A DNA stretch of 64,000 bases from Vicugna vicugna (Eukaryota), in contig MU059938.1 of NCBI GenBank assembly GCA_013265495.1, positions 4,517,175 through 4,581,174 on the forward strand. The letters are read 5' to 3'. The notes beneath the pieces were generated by a model, which ran no database searches, was not told where the DNA came from, and saw only the letters and a program-made list of their open reading frames with translations. The stretch's first letter is position 1; the number at the start of each line of letters is the position of its first letter. Both the position numbers and the translations under genes were made by a program. This document shows, in pieces, positions 34,029-47,889 of this stretch.

Positions 34029-36721
34029 AATTGCATACATACATACAACTTCTTTATCTATTCATCTGTCGATGGGCATTTAGGTTGCTTCCATGTCATT
34101 TCTCTGGTTTTGAGTCTTCTAGTACCTTGTGCAGATGTACATCTGGGCACCTGAAACCCTTTCCATTTTTGTCTCCTCGTTTGGTGAGGGATTGAAGGTG
34201 AATACCACGTTTTATGTTGTCGACTAAAGAACACCTTTACTGGGGGCCCATCAATGCAAAGGGTCAGCAGGAGGGGACACATGATCCTCCATCCTCTCAT
34301 TATTCCACAGAGTTAGGCATAACACACGGCATGTTTCTGTTCCACCCAGCTACGCCACCTTCCTATAATGCAAGCATGAGTGTGGCCTTATCTCTGGGTT
34401 ACAAATAATTTGAATTCAGGCACCTAAGGGACTGAGCTGGGAGACGCCAGATGTGCAGCACCTGGAGACCTTGGGGGCTTGTGTGAAGTCACAGCCGCTT
34501 CTGTTGGGGAAGGAAGGCCCCCAGTCCTAGGGAAGGCTGGGATTGGGTGCAGCCCCTCCTGCTGGGGAAGGGCCAGGCTCCCAGTCTCAGCCAGCTCACT
34601 ACCTGGCAGGTCAACCTGGGTCTCTAAGGGTAGGTCCGCAAATCCTGCATGTCCCTCCATGGCTGGCAGGTCTGTGCAGTCTCTGAGATGAGGTACGCCA
34701 CCTTATTCGTTCTTAGGTCCAGAGCTTCTCTGCCTAAAATCCGGGAAGAGGCATCCCATACTTCAGTGCTACAAGTGCGTTCTGACTTACTCTGAAGTTT
34801 TGAAACAAGCACTTTAGACTTTACTTTGTAAATGAGGGTATTTAGTTCCAAGGTCAGACTAGGTTATATCTTCTAACCTCTGGCCCTGTTTTTAATTGCT
34901 TAAAACCAAGCTTCCTTCTGCCAAGATAGATGGATAAATCATCCCTTGAGAGTAGACTTGTCAGTTTTTCCTATGCAACTTATTGTAATATTCATTGGTT
35001 TGGTGTTACTCTTGATTTTCTTTTAGCCTTCTCAGTGAATAATAATTATTATAATAACCAGTATTTATTGAATCTGTATTACTGTGTGCCAAGTAGTGTG
35101 ATAAGTATTTTATATGGATTGCACCATTTAAACCTTGAGTAGGCATCTTTAGTCCCATTTTAGAGATGGGAACACAGAGTCTTAGATAGATTAAGAAACA
35201 TGTCCAGGGTCACAGGGCCAGCAAATAGAAGAGCTGGGCTTTGCAGCTGTGCAGTGTCCTTCCAGAAGCCATGCTCTTAGTGTGTACAGGTTGAGCCCTA
35301 GGCCATCGGAGCTTGGAGTTCAGAGGCAAAGAATGCCCGAGCTACTATGCATACAGAGCCTGGACTTGTGAAATCTGACTTGTCTCTGAATAATTGTTCT
35401 GTGTTGGGCAAAAATTAAACTTACATGTATAATAATAATATTTATGTCTGCAGACATGAAAAAGATGAAAAGCAACATTAATACATTTAAAAATTAATTA
35501 AGAAATATTTAAAAGCTGCAAAAACGTGGGTTAACTGTGTGACTATTTGGCCATTTACACTGCCGTATATGCCTAATTACCAGGAAGCATACTGAGAAAT
35601 GTATATGCACGAAATGTACCACATTCACTTTTGTGTGCTTTACTTGAAGGTAATAGTAAGTACTCCTCACCTATGGATTATTTATTAACTAAAAGTATTA
35701 GAAGTTCTGGAATGTTGAGTCCAGTGGGTCATATTTTAGGCTCTGGAAGGAAACATATTTATTGCTGCCTTGCAGTGACATGAAACTCTAGGAAAATGCA
35801 TATCCCCAGACTTATGTTTTGCACATAAGAAATAGATTAGTCAGTAGAATCTCACGCAAGAAACATTAAAAAAAATGTTCCAAATATTATTTGGTACATT
35901 ATAGATTAAGAGCTTTTCGAGTATTGCTCAATGTCTTTTTAGAGCTAGAATGCATTTTTACTTACTAACTGTAGATCCTCACTGTAGGCTCTTAACACAG
36001 AGCCTTTGACTCATTGTTCTCAAAGTGTAAGTTGAAATAGCATAATAAGCACTGGATATTTAAGTCAAGATCCTCTTTTTAGGAATGGATAAGGTGATAA
36101 TTTTATGATTATAACTGCAGTTTTCACACCAAACCTTTAGACTTGTTGGAAAATAAGTCCTGTAGTTTAGGTGTTGATTTTAGGACTAGAAGAATGCAAA
36201 ACTCTCAGGGTTGGGGAATTTTGGATTCAAGACAGAATAAATATGAAGATTTTCTAAGATATCAGAGGATATTTGGGCATACTGTTAGAATTTTCAAGTA
36301 TCCCAAGAGAAAAAAAAATGCTTTAGCAGAAGAGAGGATAAGGATATTTAAAGTGGGATATGCAGTTGGCATGGTTCTTGAATAAATGGGGTCGCTTGGT
36401 AGATTCAGGGGCTCCAACTGAGCACCCTTGTTGACTAAGTCAATTTAAAGTTCTGTTTCCTTTACTATGAAGTGGGAGGAATCAATAGGGTGCTTGGGAT
36501 CACATGCATGGAAAGGTCTCAGAATAAGGCTTGGCATATAGTGAACACACATTGTTAGTTGTTGTTATTGCTATTAATAATAGTTAACAGGTCAACAGGG
36601 CTCAAAGTTAACATTCTGGAAGCACCTTTTCTTCAATTATGAAATGAGAGTGTACATATTTATAATGTTGAAAACATGAATTTTAAAATGAAATTTTAAA
36701 ATGACATATGAAAATCAATCA

Positions 36722-36925
36722 TGGCTGATGGGCCATATCTAGCCCACTGCTTGTTTTTGTAAATAAAGTTTTATTGGAACACAGCCATGCCCATTCATTA
36801 CATGTTGTCTATGACTACTTTTGTGCTATCACAGCAGAGTTAAGTAGTTGCAACTGAGATTTATGGCCTCCAAAACCAAACATAGTTACTATCTGGTCCT
36901 TTACAGAAAAAAAATTGCCAACCTT
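36722..36925. mobile_element. MER58A-like hAT-Charlie MITE
   Basis: tgtttttgtaaataaagttttattggaacacagccatgccca...ctggtcctttacagaaaa. Confidence 0.8.
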
Positions 36926-37834
36926 TGACAAACATCTAAGAGAGAAAGTGTGTGTGTGTATGTGGTTTACATATGGTTATATTAAGGAACACCTACTAGA
37001 AGTTGATGACATTTTGCCAAATGAAAGATGAATATTTGGCAAGTTTATAAATTGATTTTCAGAAGCTTTGGTATTGATTATGATCATTTCCATTTTAAAA
37101 GATATATTTTATAAAAGGAAACCAAATTTAGAAACATTCTGATACTTTTGATACTATACTTAAATAACCAGCCATCTGGAATCCTAAACCATTTGTTTTC
37201 TAATTATTTTCCCCCATCATGCATTCCTAATACCTGTTGCACTGATTCGGAAGATGACGTTGATAATATATATATGCAACTATATAGACTAGTGGATGTT
37301 CTCTGTGCAGTCTTGCCAATAGTCCATATTCCTTTTGCTAAAAACCATATCAGGACTGCAAGTTGCTGTTTTAACCAAATGTGAAATGCGGACTTTGTTT
37401 TCTCCCATCTTTTTTTTTTTTTCCTTCACCCAACCCCCCTGTCAGCCACCATAGATATCAAAATAGTTTTATAGGCATAAGGTCATATTATTCTTTAATT
37501 TCTCCTTATCCTGTGACATAATGCTTTCTTCTTTTTGTCCCATGTTGAGCGCATGAGCAGCTGCTAGTGTGTGCTTATGTTTTCAGTCTTCTTCACATCA
37601 CTAGACAAGAAGTTACACTGGAAATTACAGTCATTACTTAACTGGTTTGCACTTTAACCACTTACATGGAAGTCTCGTCCCACCTCTGTTAATTCTTACT
37701 CTGGGTCTCAGGACTGAATGAATATTTCGAGTGTAGAATCCCCCCCAGTGTGGGCATATGACAGTCATACACATGTACTACTGTACTGATGCATTACATG
37801 TATCACAAACACACTCATAAAATAGAAATTTAAG

Positions 37835-37992
37835 GTGGGAAGGTAATGGCTCAGNNNNNNNNNNNNNNNNNNNNNNNNNNNNNNNNNNNNNNNNNNNNNN
37901 NNNNNNNNNNNNNNNNNNNNNNNNNNNNNNNNNNNNNNNNNNNNNNNNNNNNNNNNNNNNNNNNNNNNNNNNNNNNNNNNNNNNNNNNNNNN
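37835..37992 (+). mobile_element. Probable Vic-1-type SINE mostly hidden by a gap
   Basis: Head-like ggtgggaaggtaatggctcag runs into 138 N, about the length of a SINE body. Confidence 0.5.
37855..37992. other. N gap (138 nt)
   Basis: Run of n after a SINE head. Confidence 1.
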
Positions 37993-38919
37993 AGATAAAT
38001 ATAGACATTGTGACATTTTCCAGCCATACCCCAAAGGATGATCTTAGGTTCCTCCTTTGTAAGCCACTGTCTAGATTCTCAGCTCTGGAAGCAGGGCCAG
38101 GTCTGGCAGATTCACTGCTGTATTTTCCATGTCTAGCACTGTTTATAGCATTACTGGGCGTCCAAGAAATATTTGTTGGATTGAGTTGATTTTTCGCTAT
38201 TGCTGGAGAGTGAGCCTTTAGTGATGAGCCGGTGACAAATGTCCCTCCACTTTACTGAAGGAAGACCTTTGTAGATTTTCTCAGGACTCTAAGCAGCACA
38301 CCAGGGCTTCAAATTCAAGCTCTGACTCCCACTGTTTATCTTAGGGAGGGCAAGTCCCTTGCATCATTCTTCTGTGTCTCATGAAGGCATTCGTGCTGCT
38401 CAACAGGGGGCAATAATATTCCCGCGCATCACATGGTGCTTGTGGTGAGTGACTAATAAAAGTGATATTGTGAAGCACTTGGCACTGATGAAAGACATAC
38501 CAACATGGTAAATAGCCCTTGTACAAGCAGGCAGGAAGAGTAAAGCCCATTCTTCCTCCTTCCTTGGCTCTTATGGGTGATGATAACAACATGAAAAGCA
38601 TATTTTCCTGTTTGACTTTTGAAAACAAGGGTCTATGATGTTCTGGTAACAGAACTGTCTTTTTCACATGGCAACAAACAAAACAGAAGATCTGTCACAG
38701 TGCCTTGCAATTAGTAGATAGATTTAAACAAGATTCAAGGCAGTGTATATGAACTTTTATAAAAGTGCAATTAATGTTTTGTTATAGATTAGTTAAGATT
38801 ATATACTTGTAGGTGTATGTAGAATGCAGATTTCAGGGAAACCTAGATACACCCTTTTTTAAAACCTTTCCTCCCAGAAAATTTTCTTAAACACATGCCT
38901 GATAATAATATTTTATCTT

Positions 38920-39700
38920 TAGTTAATCAGCCTACAAATATTTATCAAGAGCCTGTGGGGCCAAGTTCTGTTTGTATTGGACAAGATATCAAGAAATAAA
39001 CAACGTGATTCCTGCCCCCCAAGAAGATGACTTTTTAGGTAGAGAACCAGAATCAGAATCCATAAATAAATGGAGGGCAATTGAACAAAATATTGTCAAG
39101 AACCCTGGAGAATTAAAGCAACAGTTTTAGAAAGGACAAATCCCAGTGACCTAAAAAAGAAGAAGACGGCTTTATGGAACATGAGGAAGGATGAGTAGGT
39201 TTTATTAAAGTGGAAGGGAAGAAGACGGAATTGCTGGCAGTGGGAATACCACGGGCAAAGACACAGAAACGGGAGCTCTGAGTCCAAGCTGGCTGAAGAT
39301 ATTGCCTGGGTGGCTGGAATATGTGGAGAATCACTCCTAGAAACCAGATGTTTGGGAAGAGGAACTAGTTTAGTAGGGAATGATGCTGAAGAGAGATTGT
39401 GTGTGTTTATGGGTAGAAATGCGGAGGGAGGGAGGAGAGAAAGATGGGAGCATTGAAATGAGTACTGATTTGTGTCTGCCATCTTTTGTGTACGTTGAGT
39501 TTGGGGGTGGTGCTGGGCTCTGACGATACAGCAGGGAATGCCATGGATGGACACCCCTGTCCTCATGGTTCTCCCTGAGCTAGAGTCAAGAGAAAGGATC
39601 AGAGGTAATGACTGAGGTGTTAATCAGAGGTGCTATTATGGAATCAACTATGAAGTTTGGAAGTACCATGGGGTATAAAAAAAGATCAAAGAACAGGAAG
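38920..39700 (-). mobile_element. L2 fragment
   Basis: Antisense L2 3' end (caaatatttatcaagagcc...gtgattcctgccccc) followed by purine-rich L2 body. Confidence 0.55.
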
Positions 39701-42700
39701 AAGAAAACATGCATATCCTCAAGTGCAAATAATGCTTTATTATCTGGATTTGAATTTTTCCTTACTGATTTTTAACCCAAAATGTTCACCTGTTTTTTAA
39801 ATTCTGTTGGTCACCTCCTGACCTTCAGCTCATGTATTCAAGAAATGCTGAATAATCATAATATTAATTTAAGTAAGAGTTCAGCATATCTACTACAATA
39901 TAGCACTTAAAATGCAGCAATACGTTAGAAAAGCAAATAGTATTTATTGTCAGGTCTGACAGCCACACTGCAAGCATGTGTAATAGAACTTATTTTCCAT
40001 CCAGCGTGATGCCTGGACTTTAGTCATTGGTACGTGTACGTTGGTACATGATTCAGTGGAAAGTTTCACTGATTGACTTTGATTTAGGTAGGAGCTTCTC
40101 CATTCTTCGTTAGATGTTTCAACAAGATTTAGGGAACTAGATGATCTGGCCATTGCAGCTAGTAAAATAAAATATTTTTTTAAAAAAATAGAAAGACTGA
40201 AGGAAGATTCTTCATTGTGGGAAAGAGTTTTAGAAATAACCATAATAATCCAGGAAGAACTATGAAGTATTGTGATTCTCTGAACATAAACATGTTTAAT
40301 TTTATTCGTTCAGTAGCTTCTATTCATCAACTAATTGTATTAATTACATCCAGACCATCGTTTTTTTCTATTATCAGACTAACACAAACGCCTATTCTTT
40401 GGTTTATGTTTTATCCTTTCATTAAAATGGATGTTTCATCATTGTTTTAATCTGAATACCTCTTACTCTGAGCCAATTCCACTTGCTGTCTGGAACTCCT
40501 CCCTTAAAACAAGGAAATTGCAAACTCGAGCTGCTATTGAATCAAATAGCAATCAAATCAAATCACATATTTGTCCCTTCATTTTGTAATCAGTGGGAAA
40601 GTTAGAAGTCTGACAAAAGGGGATTGATTTGCAGGACATTGTAAATTTTCTTCAGTTAACTACGTTCCTTACCCGATACCCACAGGGCAGATGTAATTGT
40701 GATGTAAATTAGAGCCGCTGAGGAACAGACCCTAGGCTTACACAGGTGCCAGGGCCTCTTTTAAAAACCACTGGTTCACAGGATGCAAGTATCATTTACT
40801 TCTTGGTACCTAGAGTGAGCATTTGTTATGTTGGTTTTGCTTCCTAGAATCTTGCACACGATAGGAAAACACGTATTGGGATGGAAAGACATTGGCAACA
40901 GGTGCAGTAACACGGTGACTTTAAGAAAAGCCTTTCAGAGACCCTCTAGAGTCTTAATGATTTCCGAAGAGCCCACTTTTGGCTTCCCTACCTTGCCTCT
41001 GGTAGTCTGATGAACAGTGTGACTTTTTAGCTGTGGAAGTGCCTGTGCAGTTCAAATGACAGCTGTCAGGAGAGAGTGGCTGAGAGCTGACAAGATCGTT
41101 GGTTTTGTAACTATCTTTGGAAGATGACTGTCCTAGGTTTAGTGAGTGCTCTGTTTCATAAGTCAGCATGGGTGTTTGGAACCATGCTAGCATTTGGGAC
41201 CCTAAACAGAGTTTGGTAAGTTTCCAGATTCTAATCATCAGTGGGAATTAAATACCTGCCCATCCACCATAGCAAAGTAGGGAGTTATAGAGAAAAAGGA
41301 GTCTTTGGGGGTGCTTATAAAATAATGGAGGACCCACGAAAAACATAACTATGCAAATGACACTACAGATGCAACCACTGATATAAACAACTATGGTAAT
41401 GCAGAAATATTCTCATTAATGAGGTTGGAGATATGCTTACAAGTGTGGAGTCTTGGTAGGCGAGATATCTTAAATTCCAGATGTGATATGTGGCTTCGCC
41501 ACTTGTGAACTATCAGTGGCCAATTCCAGCCACCAGAATAAACCCTAAACCTTCTTCTCATCTGCAGACAGGGGTGAATCACCAGCCCCCACCCCAACTA
41601 CCTCACTTGGCTGTTGGCAAAAACAAATAAGGTGAAGACTACAGAAGTAAATTTGTAAGCTGTAACGTGTTTAGCATATGATATGTGGCTTCATTATTCA
41701 GATACATGGAAAACTGCATATGCTAGAGGTACCGCCCAGAGCCTTTCTCTCTCTGTCAGTGTAATTCCTTCTTGGTTGTTGATGATGGCTTTTTACTTCT
41801 GCTTTGGCCCCTCTTCTCTCTGATCCTCAGACAGGTTGAGTGACCTGGGATCCAAATAAGTGTGGGTCTAGATACATGAAGTTATATGTACCAACATTAA
41901 ATACAAACCAACACACAGCAAGTGTATTCAGTGACGACAGTGGTGCGCGTGTAGTTTGAAAATTGAGTTGTAAGTGTACTGAGCACCTGCAAAGGTCATA
42001 GGTTAAGACTGGGAAAATATACACCTAGAATAAGCCAATATCTGGATTTCCAGGAGCTTCTTCCCACAAGCTGTGTCTCGCAGTTGAGTCTGAAGATTTT
42101 CCTGGAGGTTGTATCATATATGTGCAATAGCATTTTATTGTGTAGCCCTGAGAAACCTCTTTTGCTTTCTGTCTAGTCATAAGTGAAATATGTATGTTTA
42201 GGCTTTTTGAGTTTTCTCCCAGGGTTTCATTTTACTTGTATTCTGTTAGTCGTGAGAAAAAACCCACAATACCACGTGTGTTAGGGGTCCACACGGAGTA
42301 CAAAAGGTGACCTACACATTGGATGTGAGTGTATTGAGTACTTGTAAGGGACAATTAACCCCCTCCCCCAGATGCTTATTTTTGAGAGATTTGGATGCTT
42401 CCTGACAGCCCTTTTTATGGCCTTTTTTGGGTCCCCTAATGTTTGTGCACCTGTGTGTGTGTGTGTGCACATCACTGCCCCGGTGGCTCTCAGTGCTCCC
42501 TTTCGTGTGTACGCTTTGTCATCTTTTCCCCACAGCAGAGCTGCGTCTTGCCCCTGGCTTCTCAGAACTTTAGTGAACACAGGACCTTCAGATTCGGGAG
42601 CTCCTTGTCCTTGGGGCTGCCAGACACTGTGGCCTCCCCCCGACTCCCCTCCCCTCTACCCCGCTCCTCCACTGAGCTGTCCGCGGGCTCCTGGAGGGCC

Positions 42701-44869
42701 CCAGCCACCCGCCTCAGCCCGACCCGCCCAGACCTGCCTGGATCCTCACAGCAGACAGAGCTTGAGCTAAAGCCAGCACCCTGCTGTTTACACTCTCTCC
42801 AGAGCATAGCGCAGCCTCGTCCTGAAGGAAGAATCATTTAACATTTCTTATCGGGGGGAACCAAACATACACAGGTGGCCCAAATTCTCCTTCACATGAA
42901 TGGAAAGGCGAAGGCAGATACCCTTTGAAGTGCTGCCCAGTAACCTGGGTGGGTCTACAGCCATCAAAGGGCCCGAGACTGGAGACTCAGGTTTTGCATT
43001 CTGTAATGTGCTCACGTTTCCTTCTGTCCAGCTGTAAACAAAGATGAAAACCCAAACCCTTATACTGAGTATCATTTGCCATTAACCCTGGGAAATATGA
43101 AAGAAGGAGATAGATCTTTACTAATATAATTTGTACTACAGTTGAAGAGAGAGAATGAATGCAGATAAGAGTAGAGTAATACAGAATAATATACGGGGAA
43201 ACATGAACGTCGTAGTAAATATGTCATAGAGGAGGCAGGGGAACCAGATCCTGTCTGGCTGGAGGAGGGAAGACATCATGGAGAAGGCTGAGCTGAGCTA
43301 GACTTCAGCGGATGGACAGGAAAAGAGGGGGGAGCGTGTCCTGAAAAAGGAATCGCAGAAATCTAGGGGCAGAAATGAAGTGAATGCATTCGCTAAAACA
43401 GGAAATAGGATGGGGAAACAGTGTTGGAGAGAGTCAGTTTTAACGTATTATGGAGACTTCGGTATGTGTGTGTCCTATACACAAAGGATACAGCATTTTC
43501 ATTTTGAAGAAACAACACCTATTTCAGCTCCGTGGACCTCGAACTGCAGAAACTAGTTTGCCCTGAGCAGCTTTTAAAGCTATGCCTGGTATGCAGTTGG
43601 AGCTCCATAAATGCATACCGGCTGAGAAATCTTTTACAAGCCCCTTTGCGGAAAGCAGCCTCCACTGTAGCCGCAGATGTCCCTGATAACACTTTTGAGG
43701 ACTCTCGAAATGTTTTTAAATCCAGAGAAACCTTGTCTATTCTCAGTCATAGACCCACACGCCCCAGGCCTGTGGCACCTTGGCAGCTTTCAGCATCCGT
43801 CCTGTGAGCTGAAAATAGATGGTTGTAGCCTTAGATTAGGTTTGTACAGCATGCTTAGCTCAGAATTCGCTCTGATATGTTCATCCTTGTTTGGAAGCCC
43901 AAAGGAAATGAAATTGCTGTTTCGTGCTCCCTGGCTTTGTGGTTTGTGGCAGATCTTTTCAGTACAAAATGTGCCCCAAACAACCTGTTCTATTTTGGTC
44001 TCGTGAGTGAGGGTTTTCCCTGGAGGCTTTTCAGGGTGTCCATAAAAACAGAGAAGTTAGAGTTGAAAGAGTTTACAGATAAATCCGGTCCGCTTCCTCA
44101 TTTTCTAGACTAGGAAATCAAGGTCCTAATTCGGAGAGCCCCCTCTGCAGGTCACCTTACCTAGAGAGAAAGTCTACGCACGGCGGTTTAGGTAGCCTGA
44201 TTCCTCCCAGAGACAACAGAGCACCTGGCTTTGGTTGGTCCACCCACCCTGAGATGAAGACAAAGTCTGCTTTCTGAGCCCAGCTTCCGCTTTGTGCATC
44301 CTTCCCCATCAGCAGGACCAACTCTTTCCTCCTCTTCCCTTGAAATCATGAGCCTTCCTATTTGAAACTTCCTCCTAATCAAAACGGGAACAGATTCATT
44401 ACTGTCATTTATCCTTGCTGCTTAACTGATTACATTTAATATCAGTGTACTTGTCACCTGTTCCTCAGCCAAAGACCTTTTTAAAAAACAACTTTCATAC
44501 CTTCTTACTGGTCGGAAGGCTGTGTTCCTCCCCAGAGAGGAATGGGCATCAGTGAGCAGGTAGGAAGATACATTTAAAGGACAGAGGGCCCTGAAAGATC
44601 ACATCGTAAGGCTGGCCCCGGAGTTCGTTCACTTGTCAGCCTTGTAAGGTTTTGACAAGGTGGGAGCCCACAGACTCATAGGGTCCTGAATCCCTGGGGA
44701 AGGCACACCCTGAAAGTGTGTCCCACCTTGACCACACCCTGTTTCCCCTCCCCATCAACAGGTCTGCTTGGCCCATGCTCAGCTAACAGGCCGCTTGCCT
44801 CTCTACCTCCTTCCATCACCTTTTCTTCTTTTTATCCCATAACACAGTGTTGGTTCCGTTTCACTCCAA

Positions 44870-45045
44870 CCCAGTGGTTCACAAAATGTGCCCACCAGTG
44901 AGCAGAATCAGCATCACCTGGGCATTTATTAGAAATGCGAATTCTCGGGTTGACCTCCAGACCTACTGAATTACAAACTTCGGAGATGGGGCCCAGCCTG
45001 GGTTCAGCAGGCCTCCAGGTGGTCTTCATGCAGGCTGTCCTTGAT
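44870..45045. mobile_element. MER5A-like MITE
   Basis: cagtggttcacaaaatgtg...cagcatcacctggg...ttagaaatgcgaattctcggg...agacctactgaat. Confidence 0.8.
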
Positions 45046-47364
45046 GCGACTCGAATCTGTCCCCTTCTTAACTTGAATTTCTGTCTCAGTTCACACATCA
45101 GCTGGCTTGGATTTTTCATATTCCACCGGTGGTGGGGCATATATTGAACAATATTTTAGTTATTATTTCATGATCTTTTGAACTTAATATGTAATTTTTT
45201 CTCTAAAATTGTCCCTGAGACTGTTTCTTCTCAGGGAAGAAGTTTTCAGTTTCCAGCATTAAATATTTTGTTGGAATGCAGTGTCTTTCTCAAGAGTGAG
45301 TATGGAATGGGTGATACCAAAGATGACTTGCCGGCCAGTTGCGGACAGAGTCCAGGCCAGATTTTTCATCAATGATAAAAGTGTTCTTTGATAAAATACT
45401 AACTTAGCAATAGCGTGTTTCCAGGCTGTCCCACAGTGGGGTTCAACAGATAGTCTGGTCAGAAGCAGGAGGCCAAGGTCAAAGTTCCAGTGGGGAAGAC
45501 ATGGGCAGGCCACCTAGTTTCTCTGTCTCAGTGTTCCCGTCTGTGAAACAGGATGTTGGGGAGGGCCTAAACTAGACAGCTGGAAGGTTCTTTGCACTTA
45601 AAACAATTCGGTGATTTTTAGTTATCAGTTTGGTTGACACCACACAAGGGGTGGGATTGGTTCCAGCACACCCCACAGGAAGCGAGGCCTTGGTATGTTT
45701 TCAGGGAGTGACTGAACACCCTCTCCTCTTTGGTTCTCTCTGCTTTTACCTTAGAAGAAGGTACTTAGCGAAGCAGAATGGCCTAGTCTCTCCAGTGGTT
45801 TTTAACCCACCCCACTTGTTCTGAGAGTCACTCTTAGAGACACTGAGCAAGTTTAGTGCAAAGCCCTGCATCCAGCCTGGAAAACAGTGGTCAACAGCTA
45901 AGGATTGCATTTGTTCTAAAAAGTAACTGAAATGCATACTTAGTGGCTTCTTGATGGTGCTTCTGGCCAAATCTGACTTTTATATGTTACATAATAATAA
46001 TAGCAGTAAGAGTTAACATTTATTGAGTGCTTATTATGTGCTAAGCACTTTACATAAGTCTCATCTGATCCTCACAGTATGAGACCTATGTTCTTATTCC
46101 CATTTTATAGATGAGGAAGTTGAGGCACTAAGAAGTTGAATGCTTTGTCCAAAGTTATGCAGTGAATGATGGATGTTACTTGGATTCAAACCCCAGTTGT
46201 TCTGGTTCCACAGTTTGGCTGTGGTGAATGATGACTATTGAATGAGGAGGGCGGGAAGGGGATTTGCTAACTAATGCAACCGAGTCCCTGTTCCTACTGA
46301 AAGCTGTACTTTCTCACCCCTACTTGCTGTCACCTGAATAGCACCATTTATTGGTGTTGTGCCAGATCTTGGGTTCTAGGAGTAAAGGGACAGACATAAT
46401 GTTTGCCCCCATTTGAGAACCACTATTCTAAGTGAAGCTCAAACCTCTTTGTTTTGGGAGGAAGGAGTCACGATGCAGCATCATCTGCTTACAGAGAGGC
46501 ACGACTGGGCCAGGGGGCTAGGACCGGAAGCAGCCACCAAGCAGTAAGAGTGCTGGCCAGCCCTTTACCAAGACAGCAAGGGTCAGTTGACTCAGTCACC
46601 AGTACTGGCGCTGTGAGTCACTCTGTGTCCTCAGTGAGTTCCATGAACCATTCTGGACTTGTTTCTTCACCTGTAAAGTGGCAATTAGAGGCCTGATTCT
46701 GCTGGATGTGGTGCATAAACAAATAATGACCCATTTGGAAAAAAGTCTTGGAGCTTCTTGGAAAGGCACTTTGCAAGCTGGAAAAGCAGTGGGAGATGTT
46801 GGGGCTCTTGCTCTTTGTTCCTCTGAACAGGAGACCTAGGAAAAGGCCCACGTGGAGGAAGAATTCAGTGGAAATCTCAGGTCTAATGAGATAAAGAGGG
46901 TTGACTTAGGGACCTTCCTGTCTTGACCCTGTAGTTAACTCTTATCTCAAGGGTAAGATAAGAGATTTAAAAGAGCCTTGTGAGCTTTTACGCACACATC
47001 ATTACAAAGTGTTTGTTATATGTCCCGCGTGAACTGATGCTGACTCTCTGGGATGGTGTAACTCACCATGTCCATTTCCGGTCCCCTAGGAATGTCATCT
47101 TAATTATACAACGTTGTCTCAGTGCAAACATGAAGACAATGTGATGACTGCTTTTGTAGGCATTTCTGTGATCCCCATCTGCCCATCTGTATTCATATGG
47201 TAGCAGTATCTGCATACTGTGTGTAAATTGCATACATTTTCACCTTACCATGGCACTTCAGCATGACTAGAATGTTTTCTCCTTTTTAGCTTTTATGGGC
47301 ACAAAATAAGCAGAAGAGAGGTGATTCTATTTACAGTTTGATGGCACGGAAGGTTCTCGAAACA

Positions 47365-47515
47365 TAGAAATCAGAAGATCTGAGCTCAAATCCCAATCCT
47401 ACTCTTTATTGAAATGTGACTTAAGTACATCACTGTCATTTTTCTAAACTTGCTGCCTTATCTGTCACGTGACTATGACAATGCCTGCCTGATTCACAGG
47501 GATGTTGTCAGGCTC
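47365..47515 (+). mobile_element. MIR remnant hosting the CLEAR-like motif
   Basis: gaagatctgagctcaaatccca...gtgactt...atctgt...cacagggatgttgtcagg aligns by eye to the MIR core. Confidence 0.6.
47464..47473. promoter_or_regulatory. Perfect CLEAR / USF-type palindrome GTCACGTGAC
   Basis: Exact 10-bp motif, inside a MIR remnant in DEPTOR intron 1. Confidence 0.4.
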
Positions 47516-47857
47516 AGTTCTGATCATGTTCGGCTCTGTCCTAGATGTATAGTATTCCTGTTGTTGCTTCTGCTGATACTCTTTCGTCGTGATTTCAAAT
47601 GCAGTGCATGATATATGGGTCTTAGAATCAAACATGCTTCCTTCCTGGGTGTGTTTCCCTTCTCCGTTCATTGTGGTGACAAGACATACAGTGTACGTGG
47701 GACTTTGCTTTCTGCTGACTTGAAATGAGGCCTGCAAGTGCTCTGTGTAGAACTTACGGCTCTGACTTTGTTCCTGATTCACAGAGCCATTGTTTACTGT
47801 CCTTTCAAAAAGGAGTCTTGCTGATGGAACAGTTGACATTATCACTAGAGAAGGCAG

Positions 47858-47889
47858 TGTGTGCGTGTGTGTATGTGTGTGTGTGTGTG
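47858..47889. repeat. Imperfect (TG)n
   Basis: Seen directly. Confidence 0.85.

Larger units (their letters stand above)
33413..34105 (-). mobile_element. L1 3' end containing a SINE and a CA repeat
   Basis: Antisense L1 3' UTR (ttgaagtatagttaatttaca...gatattgaatatagttccctgtgctatacagtagg). Confidence 0.8.

Noticed and set aside
40092-40265. 57-codon, helical-looking open frame (ELLHSSLDVSTRFRELDD...)
   Set aside because: No ATG, no convincing splice donor, no family I recognise, and not part of DEPTOR. A tblastn/HMM search would settle whether it is a transposase or pseudogene relic.
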